In this document: positions 13,370 to 24,141 of the stretch, piece after piece
Layout of the letters: the number at the start of each line of letters is the position of its first letter
Position numbering within the stretch: position 1 is the stretch's first letter
NCBI GenBank assembly: GCA_964036045.1
Contig: OZ038379.1
Span: 1,736,001-1,800,000 of the forward strand
Reading direction: 5' to 3'
From: Eutreptiella sp. 'Long Island Sound 2002'
Lineage: Eukaryota; Protista; Euglenida
Length of the DNA: 64,000 bases
Notes under the pieces: model-generated
Told to the model about the DNA's origin: nothing
Databases searched by the model: none
The model's input: the letters and a program-made list of their open reading frames with translations, nothing else
Translations under genes and position numbers: made by a program

Positions 13370-14200
13370 CATACCCCTTGGCCGCTTGTGTGGACTGCCA
13401 TATGCACCACGCCTTGATGCTAGGCAAGGGGGTTCCTGCAAGGTACGGGGTTGCCGCGCAAAGTCGGCCCGGTCCATGCCAGCGGACCTCCTGGAACTTT
13501 GACCCTGCGAGTAGCTTGGCCATGACCCGTTCGGGCTGCCGCGGCCCACTAAAGGTTTTGTCCTGCTAGGTGCAGCCGAACTTTCAGATTGCCCACCAGT
13601 GTAAGAACCGGACATATCTAAGCGCCTAGGGCCCCAATGTCCGGGAGTACGTTATGCGGTTGACCTTCTCGTTCCAGAACGTGATGGTGCCTCTCATTCT
13701 GTCCAGTCCTCTCACCTTGATCCCCGCCATTTCTCCGACGCGTTGTCCTGCCACCATCGACACTACCGCTGCCGCCAAGACCGCCCACTCAATAGGGTGC
13801 CGAGCCTGGGCAGCCATTGTCTGCAGGGCCTCAACCGATGCCCACGGGACCTTTGTCTCGTCCCACGCATTCTCCGCTGTCCCCTCTTCTGTGCTCTCTT
13901 GACATACTTCCAGAAGAATTTGGGCACTGTACGTTTTGCGATTCCCATAGACACCGCCCATGTTGCCGCTAAGAGGAATGGTTTGGTGGTGCTTAGGATC
14001 CTCCCCATGGTCATTTTTTCTTGTTGCCCAAGGATCTTCCATTCTGGCTCTTCTTGGGCTGCGGTATGCTTTCTTCAGAGCTTTCGCAAACCTGAATGCA
14101 AAAGCTCCCACTGATGACGTCTTCCAAGCAAGCGCTAGTAGGGTCGCTTGTTCGGAGGTCCACCAGCTCTGCGTTGTTGTAGGATGCCTTCCAGACTGAC
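13370..14200 (-). pseudogene. Tyrosine recombinase
   Basis: Box I AGQRVGEMAGI in ORF 13626-14327. Box II remnant WHGPGRLCAA...AWCIWQSTQAAKGYA (H-x-x-R...W...Y) in ORF 13185-13523. Confidence 0.85.
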
Positions 14201-15949
14201 TACCGCAATGCGGTAAGTTGGCCATTACTCCAAATTCCCGATTGATTTTCTTCTTCTGACCGGTAATTGTCGTCGCTCCCGTCTCCTCCGGCACCGTCTC
14301 TGTTGTGCCATGTTGTCTGGCTAACACACTGTGCTTTTGCTAGTTCTGTCCCGGTCACATGACACTGAGACATTTCTCGCCCCCTGCGGCATGACGCAGC
14401 GGTTTTTCCTTCCGATTCTCCCGTCTCTCCGGGATCCGTCTCCAAGACAAATAGAGGGCCCAAGCTCACTCCATCGCCTGGGATCTCGTCTCGTCAAACC
14501 ACGTCGCACGTCCAGACCCAGTGTCCTTTTCCGTATTCTGTGCACTTCTCTGCCGGGTCATTTTGCACATTGTAAGCATCGCCTGGTTTCATCATGTAGG
14601 AGTTGTCCCCCTCATACTCGATGAACCACAAGTACCCCGTTTTTGTTTTTTCTCTGTACCTGTCCTGCCTTGTCCACCATCTGCTCCATCAACACGTTAT
14701 GCTTTTTCTTGGGTCGAGTTCCTTGCGACTGCAAATTCCTTCCTACATGTTCTTGGCGATGGTTTGATTTCTGGTGGTACTTGCTTGCATAAGATTCTTT
14801 TGTACCTTTTTTTCTTTTGGCGCCACATAAGTTCGAAGTTCAAAGTCTGACTATGAACAAAGAAGGGGCACACATAGGCAGGTTGCCTAGCATCAGTCCG
14901 GCCGTTGTAACTATAGCCACAGGCTTCGTGCGGGTTATACAAGTCCATCGAGGACGCCTGTGGGGACAAGTTTGCAAAGGCGGAGCACAAGAACACTGCA
15001 CAGAACTTGGGGCAGCAGTACAATGTATCACCTAGACCGGCGATGCCGGCGATAGAATGCTGACCCTGCCCTCCAAGAGAGCCATGGCTGCCCGCATATA
15101 AAGCGGACGCAGTCCCAGCGCACAGCGGTCAACGGACGAGACTGACACTACACAAGTACCAGGGAACGAAAAAGTCACCCCCTCAACATGTCAGACTGCC
15201 GCCACCTGAGACGGTGATCATTCTGGACCCAACCACACGCAACCATGGTACCCAATAAAGGGCGGGGTGCAGCATGCAACCCCCCCAAACAAAACGAGAC
15301 ACGGTTGGGGTCCGCCGGGCGGACGGCCGAGCCCAGAAGCGGTGCGGCCGCCGTGGGTGGGTGGGCGGTAAAAGACAGAAAAACTGCCTAAGAAAGGAAG
15401 CGCAAACAAAAGTTGAAACGAGGTTCAACTAGTGTTTGCAAAGGCGGAGCACAAGAACACTGCACAGAACTTGGGTATTCATTCTCCGCCGCAACCCTCC
15501 CTGCCCCCCCCCCCCCCAGCCCTAGCCACGCACTGGTGCCATCAGGAACCCGCTGGGCATAGCCCCGCTGGGGAACCTGAAGGGTTGAAACTGAGTCCTA
15601 AAACCCCTCTGATTCCTAACCCCCCCCCCCCAACCCATAAAACTCCCCATGGGCCTTAGGGCCGGCACCGCAAGTCAAGACAGCCAAAGCGACGGGCGAT
15701 ACGGGCTGTATGCTCCCGGACCCACACACGGTGATGGCGACACAGCGGCAACAGCATCGGATCCGTCAGCGCCGAGTAGGGCTGCAGGTGGGCGCCCGGC
15801 TGCTCTGCAGCCAAACGGCCACGGCGCCGGGCGCAACTCGGCCAAGCCGAGGCTCACTCAGCAACTCAGCAACGAACCAAGATCCATAACACCGGCCTTA
15901 GGGCCAACAGTGCAGGTAGCCAGATGGGGCTTTGGCTCAACAAAGTGCT

Positions 15950-16530
15950 TACGTTGGCGGTGCTGGTGCCGCGACCGTCATTGCTGTTGGTCCCGTTGCT
16001 ATCAACGCCAGTGCTCGAAGCATCCACGACTTAAGAGGGCGTGTGGATCGCGTCGCGCATCGAGAGGGCGGCGGCGAGCAACATCTGCGCCAGTCCTTCA
16101 GCGACGTCGCTGCCAGTGCCGCTGCTCATGTTCCCGCTGTTGCCAATGCCACTGCTCGAAGTTCCACGCCTGCAGGTGATGTGGCGACATAAAGGCAACC
16201 ACACCGCTATTGCCACCGCCAGAACTGCTGGTGCCGCTGCTGCTGCCGCCAGCGTCACCGCTGCTGGTCCGACTGCCGCCAATGCCAGAGTCTGATGGCT
16301 CAATACCTGCAGATTGTGATGGCGATACAGAGGGAAAACCACTGCTGCTGCCGCGGCTGCCAGAGCTGCTGGTGTTGCTGGTGCCAGATTCACCGCTGCT
16401 GGTCCCGCTGCCGCCAACATCGGGTGTTGATGCTCCTACCACTGCACATGGTGACGGCGATAGAGAGGCAACACCACTGTTGCCGCCGCTGCTGCAAAGC
16501 TGCCACCGCGGGTGCTGGTGCTGCCAGTGT
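15950..16530. repeat. Degenerate ~130-bp tandem repeat (3-4 copies), GCT/GCC-rich
   Basis: Recurring gtga(t/c)ggcga..gag.g.aa.cac.ctg...gccgc...ctgctggtg at ~16180, ~16315 and ~16450. It reads as AAVTLAA...VVxPLYRHH or as S/G-rich depending on frame. Confidence 0.7.
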
Positions 16531-17089
16531 CACTACCCCGGCGGCGGTGGTGAAGGACCCGACCGAGCGCAGCGTCAAACCGTCGTGCGCAAGCGCCTCC
16601 AGCGCAGGGGCCCTCTGCAGCGACGCAAGCAGGCCGCACTGCACCCACTGCACCGCAGCGTCGAGCCCGTTGTTGAGCTCCTGCAGGTCCGTTGTCGAGA
16701 AGGCCTGGGCGTGCGTGTCCACCTCCGTCTTGAAGGCCGCCACCGACTGCGCCACAACCTCCGTCGTGCCGTTGGCCGTGAGCTGCAGGACTGCCACAAT
16801 GTCTGCGACCAGCGTGGTGACCTCGGATGAGCGGCTTGAGCCGCAGAACCATGTCCACAGCGTACTCGACATTGTGCACGACCGCCGGCAGCAGCGCCGG
16901 GCCCCGCCCCGCGTCCGCCAGGGCCTTGACCTCGGCGATGGCGGGGGTCAGGCCCACGAGCACCGCACTCTCGACGGTGGCCGGGCCGCGGTCAACCAGC
17001 CCCTTCTCAACCCCCGCGATCTGCTTCATGCGGTCCAAAAAGGAGCCGCAGCACCCGCTTGTCGCCTCAGCATGCTGACCCGCCGGCAC
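16430..17089 (-). pseudogene. Cargo ORF of unknown function inside the GTT element (frameshift near 16830)
   Basis: Strong GC3 coding-like bias, unlike the surroundings. MKQIAGVEKGLVDRGPATVESAVLVGL...LRLKPLI continues after a frameshift as SEVTTLVADIVAVLQLTANG...LRSVGSF. No family recognised. Confidence 0.55.
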
Positions 17090-17298
17090 CGGCCCTCGGG
17101 CCCATGGGGAGAGGGCAGAACACTACCCCCCCCCCCCTACAAATTAAAGACAGAAAAACTGCCTAAGAAAGGAAGCGCAAACAAAAGTTGAAACGAGGTT
17201 CAACTAGTGTTATCCCACAAGTCGGCTGACAGTGGTGTGCAGATCTGCTCTGCCACCGGCATTGGCTGCCCAGTCCGAAGTTTCAAGTGATGGTTTTT

Positions 17299-19053
17299 CT
17301 AGTGTGTTGGTAGCAAGCCAAGGGTCACGTGCGGTGGGAGTTGCAAGGTATCGCACATAGCCGCGGTCAACCACGTGTCCTTGTCCCCCAGCTTATGGGT
17401 CATCATAGCAGCCCATGTGCGGAACTTATGGTAGGGCAGCTGCTGGTGGCTAATGTTGGCCCGGGCAACTGCGGCCGAGTGGGGGAGCGCAAGGCGCAGC
17501 GCCAGCTCAAACATTTGTATATGCCGCAGGAACCGTGTGGTTAGGCGGCGCAGGCTGGACAGTGTGCCCAAAAGGAAACGTTGACGTGCGCGGTGCGCTG
17601 CATAGAGCGTCACGCGAACACTATGGTGGAACCAAAACCGCGTGCGCTGAGCGTACACGGCGAGCACCCTAGCGCAGGCGTCCACGTGTGAGGCCCATGT
17701 CACTGCCACCCCGACACTAACCTTTCGTTGCGCCAGGATTCCGCGCACGGTTTCCCTGATGAGTGATTGAGCCGTCTGCATCAGATTATTGGCCGCCATG
17801 TAGGTTGCGCCTGTCACCGGTCGCCACGGTTTTGTGGGGGTCACGGACGGCGTCAAGTGCATGCCTGTGTCGAGGAAGGTTTCCGCACAAGTGAGTCCGT
17901 CCCCGGTCAACACCGGTAAAGCCCTGATTACCATGCACGCCCTTGAAACGGTATATGGTTGACGCAGGAGTTTCGTCACCGTGCGCCTAGTTTCCAGCCT
18001 ATGATCTCTTTTGGGTTTTGCAGACCTTTGTTGGCTGCCAGCCACCGCGCGTTTTCGGGGGTTGTAGTGGCATTGTCGGACAAGGTGTTCCTCGGTAGGG
18101 GGCGAGCACTGGGCCCTGCGGCGAAAGGCCGTGGACCAGATGGCCGTTCCGCCCGATGAGGAGCGCGGCTCCTCGAGCGAGTTCTGCGGCATGGGAAGGT
18201 TGTGGCGTAGCTCACCAGCCAGCTTTATGCACTGGTATTGGTGCACCGCGACCCTGTACCGGAAATCAAGCATGTGGTCGGGCGGGATTAACTCCACAAG
18301 AGACAGGGGAATGTGGAACTTCGCTACACGGGCAAGGTCGTCATAAGTGGCTGTAGAGAGCCACTGCCGGGCCATTGGCTCCCAGGGTCCCCAGGTTTTC
18401 GCCCACTCGTCCACGAACAGTGTCCTCCATGCCCCACGCTGCACAAGGCATGTCTGCGCCGTTCCTTGGTGTGTGGATCCACACAGAGCACATGGTTGGG
18501 CCCATTTCTTCCATGGAGGCATGCACCCTCTCCACCACACGTTTCCCCACACCCACTGAAGCCACAGCCTGCGGCGCTCTCCCTTTAAGGGCAGCCAAGT
18601 TGCCCAGTGCGCCCCCTCCGGTGTGGCATGTGGGCGCATTGCCGTGCTCCACTTTTTTGCCGGCGTGGGTGCCTCCGTGCCTCCCACACCTATGCCATGC
18701 GGCGCATCTGGTGTGTATGGTGTCAATGGGGGCTCGCTTCCCATGGAAGCCAACGAGTCGGAAAGGTTATTTCCCCGTATGTCTTGGGCTTCCTCAGGCG
18801 TCCGCGCCTCATGTTCTTCCCGGTGGCCTGGCACCCACCCCGGCACCAGTGACTTGCGTTGGAGCGCCTGTGCTAATGGCTGGCGGACGTCCACGCCAGA
18901 GACTTCATGGTAAGGAGCGGCTGCAGCACAATCCGCTGCGGCCTGATTGTCTAAAACCACCTCGTCACCAGCTCGTGCCAGGCAGGAAGCGACATACATG
19001 CCAATGAGTTCCGCCCGGTACGGGGTTTGAGGACCCCGCACTCGTCCAATCAC
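17299..19053 (-). CDS. Open 584-aa C-terminal part of LINE ORF2 (RNase H, knuckle, unknown extension)
   Basis: Uninterrupted ORF with RNase H motifs in the first ~100 aa and CALCGSTH near aa 185. Part of a pseudogenised element. Confidence 0.75.
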   Translation of the reverse strand: MIGRVRGPQTPYRAELIGMYVASCLARAGDEVVLDNQAAADCAAAAPYHEVSGVDVRQPLAQALQRKSLVPGWVPGHREEHEARTPEEAQDIRGNNLSDSLASMGSEPPLTPYTPDAPHGIGVGGTEAPTPAKKWSTAMRPHATPEGAHWATWLPLKGERRRLWLQWVWGNVWWRGCMPPWKKWAQPCALCGSTHQGTAQTCLVQRGAWRTLFVDEWAKTWGPWEPMARQWLSTATYDDLARVAKFHIPLSLVELIPPDHMLDFRYRVAVHQYQCIKLAGELRHNLPMPQNSLEEPRSSSGGTAIWSTAFRRRAQCSPPTEEHLVRQCHYNPRKRAVAGSQQRSAKPKRDHRLETRRTVTKLLRQPYTVSRACMVIRALPVLTGDGLTCAETFLDTGMHLTPSVTPTKPWRPVTGATYMAANNLMQTAQSLIRETVRGILAQRKVSVGVAVTWASHVDACARVLAVYAQRTRFWFHHSVRVTLYAAHRARQRFLLGTLSSLRRLTTRFLRHIQMFELALRLALPHSAAVARANISHQQLPYHKFRTWAAMMTHKLGDKDTWLTAAMCDTLQLPPHVTLGLLPTH

Positions 19054-20489
19054 GTGCAGTGGCCCGCAGTGAAGTCTGAAACTTGCTCAGCAGTCGCATG
19101 TGGCGCCCCCCCTACCCGCCAGATAGCCTTTTCTACTTCCATCTGTGTACCATGTCGTCCGTTGCGGATCACAACCGTTGGTGTAGACTTCGCAACCCCC
19201 TGCCACAGTGGGTTGGTAGCGTGCCGGGACCTGTCCTCCTTCCACGACATGCCACCGCGGTTTGGCAAGCCCTTACCGGTGCGCTGTGTCCTCTTGGCCG
19301 CCTGGGGCTATTTTATTGTGGATCATGCGACCGTCCTCCGTGTCCTCGCTGTCGATAAGACTCGGACCCGCGGGACGGCGACGGGGGTGCTTTAGCAATA
19401 TGCACGAGATTGCTCCCGTGAATTCAACAAAGTCACGTACGCAAGAAAAGGCGTCTGGCTACGTTCCACTGATGTGTTGAGGGAGACCCGAAATGCTTGG
19501 TGCTAGTGACGGACGGTCTGCTGCATGGTGGTGATGAAGCGCCGTCGGTAGGCCCATTACAGCTGATGCAGCCCCATGCCTCCGCAAGATACAGGGGCAC
19601 TGAGTTGTTTGATATTCCGTCCCGGGACCATACCTTTAGGTTGGCGTACAAACACCGAACACAGGCCGTCTACCTCCTTGTACCACCTGTCCGAGGGAAT
19701 GAGCACCGCCCGGTGGGGCCACCTAGGCATCAAGATGGAGTTGACCACCTGTTTTCGTTCCCAGCCATCCATGGGAATATGCGCATACTGAGCCAGGTCC
19801 GACGTAATCAAGTCCAGGTAGTCCGACCGCGCCTTGTGTGCCCACCGTGGGTGTGCAATGATGTGTCCCAGGTAGCTGAGGATGGGAGGTCTGACAGTAT
19901 TAACCTGTCCGTCCCACAGTAGCTGGTCCACCTTGTAGGTCGCCGACCAACAGTACACCTCTGTTTTTCCTTTGTTCACATGGAAGCCCTGTGTGTTGTC
20001 CAGGTCCGTGACCCTCCTTAGCACGGACAACGTAGTCGATCGGTCCGGCGAGACAAAGGCCACATCATCCATGTACGTGTAGAAGTGGACGGAGGGGAAT
20101 TCTGCCGCTAGCGTTCCGTGAAACATCTCGTACACCACGCAAACGAGTAGGGGCGTGAGGGGACATCCCTCTTTCGCTCCCCTCCTCTGGTGGTCTTTTC
20201 GCCATCAACCCGATAGTTGCACCGTGTCCCTTGGTATGCGTACTGCATCATGGAGATGTAGCGCTCTGGTACCCCCACCTGCTGCATTGCAGCCCACAGC
20301 AGTGGGTGGGGGGTGCTCGGATACGCTTTGGCGATATCTAGGAGCACCACGTCCGGTGCTCGTGGCATGCTGAGCGCTGACGACCACAATTTTGTAGCCT
20401 AGGACAGTGTGGTATGTCCCCTTCGTCCTCTAGCTTGGTGCTCGGATAGTACTCCGGTGAGAGGTTTCTTGGTGCGCCTCAAGATCACA

Positions 20490-20659
20490 TGCAATGGATC
20501 CTATATAGAAGAGTCTGTGAGGTATGGAACCAAGGACAGATCCTGACAGAATGGACCGATGCCCGAATATCGTTGTTGTATGAGAAGGGCGATCCCGGGG
20601 ATGCAAGCAACTACCGTCCTATAGCGATGTCCACATGCATGTACCAAATTACCACGAAG
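20490..20659 (+). other. 170-bp internal inversion in the LINE RT
   Basis: The RT segment (M)QWILYRRVCEVWNQGQILTEWTDARISLLYEKGDPGDASNYRPIAMSTCMYQITTK is on the plus strand. The flanking RT (QWLPEK.. before, ILRRTKKPL after) is on the minus strand. Confidence 0.9.
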
Positions 20660-22773
20660 TTTTCTCCGGTAGCCACTGTATTGTGTGCGGCGGGACCCCG
20701 TCCATTCCCATTGACTTTTTCTTGGGCTGATTGGCCGTCTCCTGGAACCCGCGCCACGTTTGTAGGGTCTGACCCACGGGAGCTCCTGGCACGCGGAGAT
20801 TTGGCAACATATTGAAGGTCTTCTCTGGATCCCATTGTGGATCTCCCGCAAAATCGGGCAGCTTTTTGGTTGCCGACGCCACACTGGGAGACATGGTGCA
20901 AACGTGGGCAGGCTTCACAAGCCACGTGGCGAGCTCCGCGAAGAACGTCCCTGTGCCCCCAATTGCGGATTTGCGGAAACGGCGCAGTTTCTTCATCACC
21001 TCCTTGTGGTGTTTGCGTTGCATATGTTCACCCCATTGTTTGAGTGCGGCCTGGCCACAAGGGTTCTTGGGGAGACGGGTCTGCAGATCCTCATGAGCCT
21101 GGTACGGTCGTCCGTTTGGCTTCTTGTGTGCAGCGACGTACCGCGCGACCTCTTTCAGCACCATATTGCTGGCAGTCTCCATGGTCATGTTTTTGGGGAC
21201 AGCCCGGTACGATCTCCCCATATGTGCGCGGAAGCGCTTCAGATCTCTACCCGTCCAGTCGCGGATGCTGATGACCTCGGGATCTGGGGACTGTGGCTTG
21301 GGGAGCACGACCGCGGTGTTTTCAACACCTGCGTGGTCGCCTCCCAACGGGAACGTGGTAGCTTGGTAGACCCGGCGTGAGTGCATTCCATGTTGTTTGT
21401 GACAGCAGGAGCGCGTCCAGGCGTTTGCCCCCTCGGGTGTGGCTCGGGCCAAGCGGTTAAGGCACCGTTTGGTATTGCGGGTCAACAAGGCGTCCGGAGT
21501 CGAGCGAGTCGTGCCATATCTTCCTGCGACGTGGCCTTGCGTGCCAAATTCCGTCATTGAAGCCTCCTCTAACGATGCCCACATTGGGAACAGACGCAAT
21601 CCAGGCGTCTAAGGCCTCCCTTTCCGGTAGGGTGAACAAACCATGCTGGTTCACGAAGGTGAATTCGGGTACGCCTGGGATCTGGACGCAGAGAGCAATA
21701 GCATGGGGCGAGCGGTGCGTAAGATTCTTTTGTACCCCACATTGCTGCCCTGACTTCATTCCTCAGGAACTGGATCAGTTTCCGCCCTTCCGGCCCTTCG
21801 GGTTCCTTAAATTGCGGCACGAGGGCGGCTCCGAGCTTCTCCATCCACTTTGGGACACCCTCTTCCGAGAGCAGGATTTCCATCGCTTCTTCCGACGGTT
21901 TTGGGCGCACCTTTTCCTTTTTATGCTCTCCCTGTTTGGACTCAAGTTCTTTTGTGCGCCTGCTCAGCTAAACCACCACGGGAGCAGAGTTCTTTCCACC
22001 CTCCGCTTGTTTGGCGCTCCGCACAAAAGTCACATTGGCCTTGGACCCTACAACTCGGATTTCAAATCCCTTTTCCGTATAAAAGGCATATGATGCCAAC
22101 ACTCGCAAGGTGTCCTGGTCTATGAACTCTAGGTCCTCTAACATTGTTGGGATCATGTCCCTAAGGATGTATTTCTCCACTCCCGCATTTGCCATCTTGA
22201 GGCCCACTTCCGCTGATACTTTGGCCAGGATTGGTCCATCCACCGCCGAAAGAACCACCTCAAACGCGACTGCCACGAAGTTTGAGAGTTCCTTAATCAA
22301 ACCCTAGTCCAAGCTAACCCTCGTCACATCTCGACTCTACTGTCCCGCCCCTTCCGCCAAGGGTCCGAATTCACCAGATCGGATGTCGATTCTTTGCGCA
22401 TGGGCCGCTTCGTAGGTAGAGATCGCCTTCAGTAACTGGGAATCATCGCCTGTCAATCCGCTGTCTTCTCTGGGCCATTCCTCCTTGTCCACGACCGCAT
22501 CTCTGATTTTGTCCAAGACCTCCACTGCGGCTCTGGACAGCCAGTCGACTGCTTTGTTGTTGATGAAGGTTTGGAGCTCTTGAGTGAGTACCAACTAGAT
22601 GAATGTGGGCCCTGCTTCTTTATTCATCAGCATGCAGTAAGGAGGGGCGAGCAGTGATCACCCAAATATTAAAATATTCTGAAATCACATATGCACATGC
22701 CCGAGAAATGTGGCGATTCCCTACTGTGAATCCCTCACTTTGGCCAGATTGAGCTGTCTCCTTCTCTCCGTTG

Positions 22774-22990
22774 GGGGCCATGAGGCAGGGGATACTTGGC
22801 TCGCATACGCCCCCGTGTAACAGGCGCATGGTCATCACCACATTGTTCGGTGTTTTGCTTGCTGCACTGCAGCGCAGACCAGTTTTGTACCACACCAGGT
22901 GGTTGCTGACTGTGCATTGGCTCTGGCCCTCTGAACACCGAGGTCAGCTCGCACCCACCGCCCACCCACAGTGCCGGTTAGTCTCTAACC
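22774..22990 (+). repeat. Dispersed short repeat family A (~215 bp; SINE- or MITE-like)
   Basis: Starts ggggccatgaggca..ggatact.ggctcgcatacgcccccgtgt.acaggcgcatggtcatcacc and ends cacagtgccggttagtctctaac. Other full or partial copies at ~5241, ~5386, ~6286, ~8780-8860 (inverted), 25195, 25343 and 57305. Confidence 0.8.
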
Positions 22991-23399
22991 CTTGCCCTGT
23001 TGTTCCTCCGTTGTTGTTCCTCCGTTGGGGGGAAGGGGTTGATTCGTTCCCTTTTATTTGTCTGACTTACATCCGTACTAAAGCCCAACTCCGTAGACCA
23101 TCTTTGGGGTTTAGTGTCCACGGAGTCCGAGTCTGGACCCTATGCCCATGTATCATGTAGAAGGCCTATGGGCATTTCTCTCCAAAAGTTTGGCCTTTCC
23201 TGCTTTGAGTCCCGTTCACTCATCTCCACCAAACCCAAGGATAGCCGAACGGACCCGGGAGTATCTATCGATGATGCTTGATCTGTTGGAGGCTCAAGAT
23301 TCTCCGTGCAAGTTCCGCCGCAAATTGTTTCTTTGCGTTCCTGGATGATGATTCTTGATATTGTGCATTCTTTGTGCTTTTCCTCTCTTGTGCCCATCT

Positions 23400-24141
23400 G
23401 TGTGCCTGAGCTTTTGCCCTCGGCTCCCCATGCTCCCCTGTGGGGCGTGGAGCTTGCCATAACCGGGTGCTTAGGGTGTCATGGATGGAATGTCGCAATT
23501 GCTCTATCTAGTCACGCCACTTGGTCTGCCCCCCCACCCCACCCCCGCCGTGACATTGAGGTCCATTTGACCAGCATACAGACCCAGATGGACAGACACT
23601 TTTGTATTGGCGCCCGCCCCCTTTGTATAGAGTGCTAAAGCGGGCAATCAGTCGTGCCCGTGAGTGTCAGAATGTGTTCATGTACGAGAAACCGGTGCCA
23701 CAAAGCTCGGTTTATGAATTCTTTGGTTGTGCGCTGGAGCTTGCCCGGGGTCCACTCCCACCATACCCAATTGGGTTGCAGTCTATGTATGTTGGGCTCC
23801 GAGCTCGCAAACGGCAAGGAAAAGCCTTTGCCCCAACCCCTGGACCATGTTACCGGTAGGTCAATTTTATCTTGAGGTTTGACCACGTTTAGAGCACAGC
23901 GTGCCGAGATACATACCGGTTTCCATGCTGAGGGAAGTGTGCAACGGTGTCGGGGATGGTTCTCTCTAGCAAATTGGCCCCATGTGGTGAGCCCTGGTTT
24001 AATCACGGAGGAGGAGTAGTATGTATAGTTATATTCGTTGCGGCAATACACATTGCGCCAAATTGGCAGATCATTTGTGTTCACTGGCGGTTTGACCAAC
24101 GAGGGTTGTCGGCACAGTAAAGAGAGGCTTTTGCCGACCAA
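23400..24141 (-). pseudogene. LINE ORF2 C-terminal fragment (zf-RVT-like region)
   Basis: PIWRNVYCRNEYNYTY...KEFINRALWHRFLV...TDCPL resembles the L1/Tx1-type C-terminus preceding the CCHC finger. Confidence 0.6.

Larger units (their letters stand above)
10000..14969 (-). mobile_element. Decayed tyrosine-recombinase retrotransposon, gene order YR>RT>RNase H (VIPER/TATE-like); termini not located
   Basis: YR motifs at 13370-14200, RT at 11830-12650, DIRS-type RNase H at 11330-11700, all on the minus strand. CCHC-like knuckle CTE(Y)GKGHWVWTC near 14490-14540 upstream. Further degenerate ORF pieces at 10.2-11.0 kb. Confidence 0.8.
14970..17211. mobile_element. 2.24-kb insertion with split direct repeats joined at GTT (non-autonomous YR-dependent element, or two head-to-tail elements with identical termini)
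   Basis: 42-bp Y at 14970-15011 is identical to 15434-15475. 66-bp X at 15371-15436 is identical to 17146-17211. All three junctions share GTT. Removing the insert restores an open frame in the flanks (...PLSADLWD|NLSPQASS...). Confidence 0.8.
17299..22594 (-). mobile_element. Near full-length decayed LINE: ORF1-like region, APE, RT, RNase H, Cys/His knuckle, long C-terminal extension
   Basis: ORF1-like 22594-21569 in one frame with three stops. APE: GGFND, LVDP, GGDH. RT: DGVPP, YRPIA, LDIAKAY, YMDD, YLG, GGMGL. RNase H in the 584-aa ORF: YRAEL, LDNQA, WVPGH, GNNLSD. Knuckle CALCGSTH. Confidence 0.92.

Noticed and set aside
17299-22340. Repeated in-frame TAG stops suggesting stop-codon reassignment or RIP-like mutation
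   Set aside because: The same elements also contain frameshifts and TGA stops, the sample is tiny, and ordinary C>T decay explains it.
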